Origin: an uncultured bacterium
GTDB lineage: Bacteria; Zixibacteria; MSB-5A5; UBA10806
Assembly: GCA_965541585.1 (NCBI GenBank)
Contig: CBEUCH010000009.1
Coordinates: 64,001-128,000, forward strand
Direction of reading: 5' to 3'
Length of the DNA stretch: 64,000 nt
The position numbers were made by a program, and so were the translations under genes. This document shows, piece by piece, positions 57,135 to 64,000 of this stretch. Under the pieces are notes generated by a model. That model did not search any database, was not told where the DNA came from, and saw only the letters and a program-made list of their open reading frames with translations. The number at the start of each line of letters is the position of its first letter. The first letter of the stretch is position 1.

Positions 57135-58336
57135 ATAAGACTTTCGATCTCAGAATATTTATTCCGGCCTTCATCTTGAGCCTTATAGGAATCCTGCTTG
57201 TCTACGCCGCCACATACTATTCACCGTTGCCGGATGTAAAAGCCCTCTACCAGAAACAATTAATATGGTTCGGGGCAGGGCTGGTTGTCTGCATCGCTAT
57301 TTTTCTTATTCCTTTAAAGATCCACGAGGCCTTCGCATACGTTTATTACTTTCTGGCGATATTGCTGCTCGTTATCTTGCTGGCCTCCTCGAGAGGATCG
57401 ACATCCCGATGGTTTCATCTCGGGCCGTTCAATATCCAGCCGGCAGAATTAGCTAAGCTGGCCGTGGTGCTGGCTCTCTCCAGGTTCCTGGGATTCGGCA
57501 AGGCCCGGCTGGAGGAATTCAAATGGGTCATTATTATGCTTGCGATTATTGCCGTGCCCGCAGGGTTAATTATCCTGCAGCCTGATCTCGGTAGTTCCCT
57601 GGTATTTTTCACTCTGTTCTTCGCCTTGATCCTGTGGTCCGGAATGCCACTGAACAGGTTATTTCTGATAGTGACTCCGGTCCTGAGTATCATCTTTGCT
57701 TTTCATTGGCTTTCCTGGGCGGTTTTTTTCTTCGTTATCCTGATACTGATTTTTCTCTCCCGTCTCCGTATCTGGCAGGGAGTATTTTTCTTTTTTGCCA
57801 ATCTTTCAATTGGAATGGTTACCCCTTTGATATGGAATAATCTGCACGGGTATCAGAAGATGCGAATCATAACGTTTCTTGATCCCGGCCAGGATCCGCG
57901 TGGCGCCGGCTACCAGATTATACAGTCGAAAATAGCTGTCGGGGCCGGCGGATTGTTCGGCCAGGGATTTCTGCAGGGAACCCAGACCAAGCTCAATTTT
58001 CTCCCTGAGCGGCATACCGATTTCATATTCTCCGTTCTTGCGGAACAATTCGGTTTCATCGGCTGTATGATCGTGCTAATTTTATTTGTTTTGCTTTTCT
58101 ACAGGGGATTTGCCGTGGCCTTGAAGGCTCGCAACCAGTTCTACAGCTTTGCCGCCTGTGGACTCACCGCAATTTTGCTCTTCCAGGCCCTGGTCAATAT
58201 CGGCATGTCCCTGGGCCTTATGCCGGTGACGGGCCTGCCGCTTCCATTTTTGAGTTACGGCGGATCGTCGCTTATATTCTTCTGGGCGGCCATCGGCTTC
58301 TTACTGGCGTTTAACAGAGATTGGCAGGAGTACTGA
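57131..58336 (+). CDS. rodA: Rod shape-determining SEDS protein RodA
   Basis: QPAELAK, QPDLG, GYQIIQS, LPERHTDF, PVTGLPLPFLSYGGS. Confidence 0.96.
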   Translation: MNKTFDLRIFIPAFILSLIGILLVYAATYYSPLPDVKALYQKQLIWFGAGLVVCIAIFLIPLKIHEAFAYVYYFLAILLLVILLASSRGSTSRWFHLGPFNIQPAELAKLAVVLALSRFLGFGKARLEEFKWVIIMLAIIAVPAGLIILQPDLGSSLVFFTLFFALILWSGMPLNRLFLIVTPVLSIIFAFHWLSWAVFFFVILILIFLSRLRIWQGVFFFFANLSIGMVTPLIWNNLHGYQKMRIITFLDPGQDPRGAGYQIIQSKIAVGAGGLFGQGFLQGTQTKLNFLPERHTDFIFSVLAEQFGFIGCMIVLILFVLLFYRGFAVALKARNQFYSFAACGLTAILLFQALVNIGMSLGLMPVTGLPLPFLSYGGSSLIFFWAAIGFLLAFNRDWQEY

Positions 58337-59172
58337 TGTATCCTGAACTCCTCGAATTCTTGGGGATAAGTTTTATCCGTTCCTATGGCGTAATGCTGGC
58401 AATTGGATTTCTGATCGGCATTATCTGGGCCAGAGGGCGGGCCGTCAAAACAGGCATTCCACCGGAACATGTTATCGACTTGTCCTTTGTTGTGCTTATC
58501 TCATCTATTGTCGGTTCACGGTTGTTTTACGTGATCTATCATCTCGATGAGTTCGCCGATAATCTCTTTGATATAGTCAATCCGTTTCAGGGAGGATCGG
58601 TCGGAATATCCGGATTATCCATGATGGGGGGAGTAGTTCTGGCGTTGATATCGGCCTACTTATTCTTCGTCATCAGGCGCCTGCGGCCGTGGGGTATTCT
58701 TGACGCCATGATGCCTATGTTTGCCCTGGGAATAGGAATTGCCCGGATCGGATGTTTCTTAAACGGATGCTGCTATGGCCTGCCGGCTCATGGCCATCTC
58801 GGGGTGATATTTCCTCCGAACTGCGCCGCCGGATTTCATTTCCCTGATACGCCTCTCATACCCGTTCAACTTTACTCGTCGCTGGCCGGTATCGCCATAT
58901 TGCTGATCGTCCTCGGGAGCGAAAAATTCAAGAAGTTCGACGGCCACTCGTTCTGGCTTACGATCGCTCTATATTCTGTATGGCGTTTTGTGATCGACTT
59001 TTTCAGATATTACGAGGATTCCATGGTAGTCGCCATAATAGGCGATCAGCAATTCTCACTCAATCAGGCTCTTTCGCTTTTCTTATTCGTTGGTTCAATC
59101 ACAGCTTATCTGGTAATGTATTCCCGAGGAAGAAGCAAAACCGGGGTTTTACATAATGAGCGTTCTTCATAA
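58336..59172 (+). CDS. lgt: Prolipoprotein diacylglyceryl transferase
   Basis: SYGVM, GSRLFYV, RIGCFLNGCCYG, PVQLY, RFVIDFFR. Confidence 0.93.
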   Translation: MYPELLEFLGISFIRSYGVMLAIGFLIGIIWARGRAVKTGIPPEHVIDLSFVVLISSIVGSRLFYVIYHLDEFADNLFDIVNPFQGGSVGISGLSMMGGVVLALISAYLFFVIRRLRPWGILDAMMPMFALGIGIARIGCFLNGCCYGLPAHGHLGVIFPPNCAAGFHFPDTPLIPVQLYSSLAGIAILLIVLGSEKFKKFDGHSFWLTIALYSVWRFVIDFFRYYEDSMVVAIIGDQQFSLNQALSLFLFVGSITAYLVMYSRGRSKTGVLHNERSS

Positions 59173-59902
59173 AACCTCCGAGTTTGCCAGGTCTCTCTAC
59201 AACGATCTCAAGGAATTCCTTTCACCCTCGTTTTGTCTTGGCTGTAACGGCGACATCCTCTCTGATGATCCGCTTCTGTGTGAATCCTGTATCGAAACTC
59301 TAAAGAAAACAAATGCGGGGGAGGGTCCGATCTGTCCTTTCTGCGGTCGCCCGGATGGAATCGGCGATCGCTGCCGCTTTTGCAGGAAACAAGAAAAAAT
59401 CAAATTATTTTTTTCGGGAGTATATGATGGGCTGTTGAAGGATTGCCTGGTGCAATTCAAATTCAACGGTGCAATTGATCTCGGTTGCCGCCTGGCAGAA
59501 ATGGCGGTTGACTCTCTTCATCAAAGGATCTCCGGCAACCATTATGATATGGTCGTCCCCGTTCCTCTTCATAGATCGCGGCGTCGCGAACGCGGTTTCA
59601 ACCAATCTGAAATACTGGCCCGTCGCCTTGCCGACCTTCTTCATTTAGAATTGAATACGGAGATTCTCAAACGCATAAGGCCGACCCAACAGCAGGCCAT
59701 GCTTGAAGAAAGCGAGAGATGGGAGAATGTCAGGGGTGCGTTCGGGTTGGCTGATATGGGTGAAGCATCTCTATCGGGAAAAGCGATTCTCCTGGTTGAT
59801 GATATCGTTACTACAGGCGCCACGATTTGTGAAGCGGCGAAACCTTTGCAGGCCGGAAATCCGTCGCTGGTGGACGTCTTCTGCCTGGGATACGCAAGAT
59901 GA
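59156..59902 (+). CDS. comF: ComF family protein (zinc ribbon plus PRTase-like)
   Basis: Four CxxC motifs, PVPLH..R..ERGFNQ, LLVDDIVTTGAT. Confidence 0.92.
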   Translation: MSVLHKTSEFARSLYNDLKEFLSPSFCLGCNGDILSDDPLLCESCIETLKKTNAGEGPICPFCGRPDGIGDRCRFCRKQEKIKLFFSGVYDGLLKDCLVQFKFNGAIDLGCRLAEMAVDSLHQRISGNHYDMVVPVPLHRSRRRERGFNQSEILARRLADLLHLELNTEILKRIRPTQQQAMLEESERWENVRGAFGLADMGEASLSGKAILLVDDIVTTGATICEAAKPLQAGNPSLVDVFCLGYAR

Positions 59903-60333
59903 CAGAAAGACCGAAATTTAAGATCGTCGAGGATACAACCTCGGCGGATTTTGTCTTCGAGGCCTACGGCGTCAGCATCAACGAATTATTCGCCAATTGT
60001 GCCCTGGCCTGCTTTTTCGCCATGACCGATACGGCCGGCGTCGACCCGGTTACAAGCTTTGACGTGGAAGTAAAAGGGGAAACCATCGAAGATCTTTTAT
60101 ATAACTTCATGGCCGAAATCATATTCATAAAGGATGCTGAGAAAGTCTTTCTCTCGCAATTCGATATAGATATTTCGCTCAACAATACCATATTGAAAGC
60201 GGTTGTCAGGGGTGAAGGGATCGATTATAATAAACATACGATAAAGACCGATGTGAAAGCGGTCACTTATCATGATCTTCATGTACGGGCCGAAAAGGAG
60301 GGCTATTCGGCTCGCATGATTCTGGATCTTTAG
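59899..60333 (+). CDS. Archease
   Basis: TSADFVFEAYG...LF, DVKAVTYH, C-terminal ILDL. Confidence 0.92.
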   Translation: MTERPKFKIVEDTTSADFVFEAYGVSINELFANCALACFFAMTDTAGVDPVTSFDVEVKGETIEDLLYNFMAEIIFIKDAEKVFLSQFDIDISLNNTILKAVVRGEGIDYNKHTIKTDVKAVTYHDLHVRAEKEGYSARMILDL

Positions 60334-60341
60334 GAGATGAC

Positions 60342-61787
60342 GTGAAACCAAATAAGGTCGCCGAGAATATCTGGGAGATTTTACCGGATTATAAACAGGG
60401 CATGCGAGTGCCCGCCAGATTCATCGCCTCCGAAAAACTGATGCAGGAGATGGATGAGGGGGTCATAAATCAAATTACCAATGTCGCCTGCCTGCCGGGA
60501 ATCAGCCGACATGCCTGGTGTATGCCGGATGGTCACTGGGGCTATGGTTTTCCCATAGGAGGGGTGGCGGCCTTCGACCGGGATGAGGGCATTATTTCTC
60601 CGGGAGGCATCGGATTCGATATAAACTGCGGCGTCCGAATGATAAAAACCGATTTGACCGAAGAGGAAGTACGGCCGAGACTCAAAGAGCTGCTTGATAC
60701 ACTTTATTCAACGGTTCCCGCTGGTGTCGGTAAAAGTGGGTCTATAAGGCTCGGCAAGGCCGGATTTAAAGAAGTACTGACGGAGGGCGCTTCCTGGTGT
60801 TTGAAGAACGGATATGCCTACGAGGCCGACATCGACCATATAGAACAACGAGGAAAATTGCCGGGCGCCGATCCGTCGGCCGTTTCCGATAAAGCGTTCA
60901 AGAGAGGAATCGATCAGGTGGGAACTCTTGGTTCGGGCAACCATTATCTCGAAATACAAAGCGTCACATTCGAGAACGATTGTGATCAGGAGACAGCGAG
61001 ATTGCTCGGTATCGAAAGCTCCGGTCAAGTGGTAGTCATGGTACACTGCGGCTCCAGAGGATTCGGTCATCAGATAGGCACCGACTACCTCCAGAGTTTT
61101 GGAGCCGCTATGAAGAAATACGGAATTAAGACCAACGATCGAGAACTGGCATGCGCCCCGATAAATTCTCCTGAGGGAAAAGCTTATTTCGGCGCCATGG
61201 CGTGCGCCGCTAATTCAGCATTTGTCAATAGACAGGTTATCACCCATGGCATAAGGCAGAGTTTCGCCAGTGTATTCGGCAAACCGGCGGATCGTATGGG
61301 CATAAACCTCATATACGACGTTGCGCATAATATCGCGAAGTTCGAGACTTACAATATAAACGGAAAGCCAACAGAGCTACTCGTGCACCGTAAAGGAGCG
61401 ACGCGAGCATATGGCCCCGGCAATAGCAATCTGGTTGGCGTTTTCAAAACCACCGGCCAGCCGGTCCTGGTCGGCGGCTCTATGCAGACCGGCTCCTACC
61501 TTCTGGTGGGCACCAGGAAAGCCGAGGAACTTACTTTCGGATCCACGCTGCATGGCGCCGGGCGGGTGATGTCCCGGGCGGCCGCCAGGAAGAAGGTCCG
61601 CGGCACCGATCTGCAGCAGAGAATGGAACAGGACGGTATACTGGTTCGAACCGCCTCGTTTTCAGGTTTGGCGGAGGAGGCCGGTTTCGCATATAAGAAC
61701 GTCTCCGAGGTGGTCGATGTGGTTCATGCCGTCGGCATCTCGAGAAAAGTAGCGCGGCTCATCCCCATGGCAAATATTAAGGGATAA
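60342..61787 (+). CDS. rtcB: RNA-splicing/repair ligase RtcB (archaeal-type)
   Basis: MPDGHWGYGFPIGG, DINCG, GTLGSGNHY, HCGSRG, HNIAK, HRKGATRA, HGAGR. Confidence 0.97.
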   Translation: MKPNKVAENIWEILPDYKQGMRVPARFIASEKLMQEMDEGVINQITNVACLPGISRHAWCMPDGHWGYGFPIGGVAAFDRDEGIISPGGIGFDINCGVRMIKTDLTEEEVRPRLKELLDTLYSTVPAGVGKSGSIRLGKAGFKEVLTEGASWCLKNGYAYEADIDHIEQRGKLPGADPSAVSDKAFKRGIDQVGTLGSGNHYLEIQSVTFENDCDQETARLLGIESSGQVVVMVHCGSRGFGHQIGTDYLQSFGAAMKKYGIKTNDRELACAPINSPEGKAYFGAMACAANSAFVNRQVITHGIRQSFASVFGKPADRMGINLIYDVAHNIAKFETYNINGKPTELLVHRKGATRAYGPGNSNLVGVFKTTGQPVLVGGSMQTGSYLLVGTRKAEELTFGSTLHGAGRVMSRAAARKKVRGTDLQQRMEQDGILVRTASFSGLAEEAGFAYKNVSEVVDVVHAVGISRKVARLIPMANIKG

Positions 61788-61957
61788 AATAGCCTTTCTC
61801 ACGCCAATCTCTATGGATTTTTGACCGCATTAATAATACCATATCTACTAATCTCGCTCAAAAAAGGCGATGATCAGGGTTCCCTCAATCGGAACTGCGT
61901 CATCCTTTATGTTCTCCATTGGTTTTGAGCTATAGTCAGCCTTCGGTATAAAAATTC

Positions 61958-61987
61958 TTGACTATCTAATTAAGGCGGAGATATAAT
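61958..61987 (+). promoter_or_regulatory. Sigma70-like promoter of the pfk pair
   Basis: TTGACT-18nt-TATAAT. Confidence 0.65.
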
Positions 61988-62035
61988 AAACTTTCTTGGG
62001 AATGCTGTTTTGAGGGTGTGGAGATTAGCTCAATT

Positions 62036-62995
62036 ATGAACAGGATCGGTCTGTTAACGTCGGGTGGAGATGCCCCGGGCATGAATCCCTGTATCAGGGC
62101 GGTAGTCTATGAGGCTGAAAAGAGCGGGACTAAAATTGTGGCTTTCAGAAGAGGCTACGCCGGGATTCTCGACAATGATTGTTTCGTGATGGAGGTAAAA
62201 GATACCAGCGGCATCATTCAACGCGGGGGGACAGTTCTGCGATCATCCCGTTGCGAGGAGTTTAAATACGAGGAGGCACAGAAGGAGGCCATAAAGGTCT
62301 TGATAGAAAATGGCTGCGACGGTCTCATTACCATAGGTGGTGACGGCACCTTAAGAGGCGCGGCCGCTATTGCCGATCGGGGAGTAAGCGTGGTTGGCGT
62401 GCCAGCGACCATCGATAATGACATTTTTGGAACCGATATGACATTGGGAACCGATACGGCTCTGAACAACATCGTGGAAGTTATAGATAAGATAAAGGAC
62501 ACGGCATCATCACACGAAAGAACCTTCATCATCGAGGTGATGGGGCGGGGCTCCGGATATCTGGCGCTCGTTTCCGCCATCGCCACCGGAGCCGAGGCCG
62601 CCCTGATACCCGAGGTGGAATTCGATCTGGAAAAGATTGCAAAACGCCTCCTTGAGAGGTATAAAAGGAATAAGGCGGCTAATATAATTGTTGTGGCGGA
62701 GGGTGCTTCCACGGCTTATCAAATAGGGCGCAAATTATCTAAAATTGCTCGTATCGAGTCGAAAATCACTGTACTGGGGCATCTACAGCGGGGGGGCTCG
62801 CCATCCCCATTCGACAGACTGCTCGGGACAAGACTCGGCTCGGCGGCCGTTTCGGAACTGTTGCAGAATAAATCCAATTGCATGGTCGGCCTGGTTAAGG
62901 GAAAGGTCGAGACAACACCGCTCGATGATGTGCTCAAGAAAAGAAAACCGCTTAATGAGAAATTCATACGGCTTGCAGAAATGCTGGGGAATTAG
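62036..62995 (+). CDS. pfkA: ATP-dependent 6-phosphofructokinase
   Basis: TSGGDAPGMN, GGDGT, PATIDND, EVMGR, LGHLQRGG; start ATG 62036 or GTG 62018. Confidence 0.95.
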   Translation: MNRIGLLTSGGDAPGMNPCIRAVVYEAEKSGTKIVAFRRGYAGILDNDCFVMEVKDTSGIIQRGGTVLRSSRCEEFKYEEAQKEAIKVLIENGCDGLITIGGDGTLRGAAAIADRGVSVVGVPATIDNDIFGTDMTLGTDTALNNIVEVIDKIKDTASSHERTFIIEVMGRGSGYLALVSAIATGAEAALIPEVEFDLEKIAKRLLERYKRNKAANIIVVAEGASTAYQIGRKLSKIARIESKITVLGHLQRGGSPSPFDRLLGTRLGSAAVSELLQNKSNCMVGLVKGKVETTPLDDVLKKRKPLNEKFIRLAEMLGN

Positions 62996-63009
62996 TATGG
63001 AGCGCTATA

Positions 63010-64000
63010 ATGCCTGAGAGGATCGGCTTATTAACCGGAGGTGGAGATTGTCCGGGTCTGAACGCTGTAATCAGAGCCATAGTCAGGAAGTCGGTGGATA
63101 TATACAATTACAGGGTTGTCGGTTTTATCGGCGGCTGGCGCGGTATCCTGGAAATGGAATACGCAACGCTAAACAGAAACAAAATATCCGGAATCCTCCA
63201 CCGGGGCGGAACTATCATCAAGACCTCTCGTACCAATCCATTTAGAGAAGAAGATGGAGTAAAGCGCATCAAGGAGAATTTCGAGAAATTGAAGCTCAGC
63301 GCTTTAATTGCCATAGGCGGCGAGGACACGATGGGTGTGGCAAAAGCCCTTGATGAAGGAGGAATTCCGATAGTGGGAGTGCCAAAGACAATCGATAACG
63401 ATCTTTCCGGCACTGATTATACTTTCGGATACGATACCGCGATAAATGTCGCCATGGAGGCCATAGACCGTGTGCACACCACCGCCGAATCGCATAACCG
63501 CGTAATGGTCGTCGAAGTCATGGGGCGTCATACCGGGTGGATCGCTCTGGGAGCGGGACTGGCGGGCGGCGCTGATGTCATCTTAATCCCCGAAAAGCCG
63601 TTCGATATCGAAAGAGTCTGCGAGATTATCACCATGCGCCATGGCAAGGGACGGGATTTTTCTATAGTCGTGGTTGCAGAGGGCGCGAAATTTAAAACCG
63701 AATCGAGCGGGGAAGAAAGGATGATCCTTCGAAGAAAGGAAAAGGATGCCTTCGGACATGTATATCTTGGAGGTATCGGCAATGTCCTGGCCGAAGAAAT
63801 AGAAAAAAGAACCGGTTTCGAATCGAGGGTTGTCATACTCGGCCATATCCAGCGCGGCGGATCACCCACGGCCTTCGACCGTATTCTGGCGACCCGTTAT
63901 GGTATAGCAGCTATCGATATGGTCCATAAAAAAGATTTCGGAAAAATGGCGGCCTTGAAGGGGACGGATATTGTGGCCATCCCGATATCGGAGGCTGTTA
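63010..64000 (+). CDS. Second PfkA-family phosphofructokinase, group III, PPi-type signature (runs off window; not in ORF track)
   Basis: Hand translation MPERIGLLTGGGDCPGLNAVIRA...GGEDT...PKTIDND...TTAESH...EVMGRH...LGHIQRGG. Confidence 0.93.
   Translation, partial: MPERIGLLTGGGDCPGLNAVIRAIVRKSVDIYNYRVVGFIGGWRGILEMEYATLNRNKISGILHRGGTIIKTSRTNPFREEDGVKRIKENFEKLKLSALIAIGGEDTMGVAKALDEGGIPIVGVPKTIDNDLSGTDYTFGYDTAINVAMEAIDRVHTTAESHNRVMVVEVMGRHTGWIALGAGLAGGADVILIPEKPFDIERVCEIITMRHGKGRDFSIVVVAEGAKFKTESSGEERMILRRKEKDAFGHVYLGGIGNVLAEEIEKRTGFESRVVILGHIQRGGSPTAFDRILATRYGIAAIDMVHKKDFGKMAALKGTDIVAIPISEAV

Overview
Gene-dense, mostly + strand core-genome window from a diderm bacterium. The dockerin-tailed FG-GAP protein, IPTL-CTERM protein and peptidase/propeller Omp85 suggest an FCB-group lineage such as Zixibacteria (inference only). 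Contents in order: a truncated beta-helix repeat membrane protein; ilvE-rpiB-glyA; small housekeeping genes; nrdR with two ATP-cones; tatC; an Omp85/BamB-like/HEAT cluster; hsp20-dnaK-dnaJ with a sigma54-like promoter; two large secreted repeat proteins; dtd-maf-rodZ-like-smc-ftsY-yjbQ; a ~3 kb cassette flanked by 56-bp direct repeats carrying a membrane Ser/Thr kinase-TPR gene; an FMN-riboswitch-controlled rib operon with nusB; a GT-C-rich glycosylation cluster; accA; ptsN-mreCD-mrdA-rodA-lgt-comF; archease-rtcB; and tandem ATP- and PPi-type phosphofructokinases. The most striking signal is in the kinase gene. An in-frame TGA completes a Cys-His-Trp-(UGA) CxxU motif, a SECIS-like hairpin starts 11 nt downstream, and 67 further in-frame codons encode the family's typical C-terminus. 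This makes it a candidate selenocysteine-containing receptor kinase. No rRNA, tRNA, CRISPR array, transposase or integrase was found.
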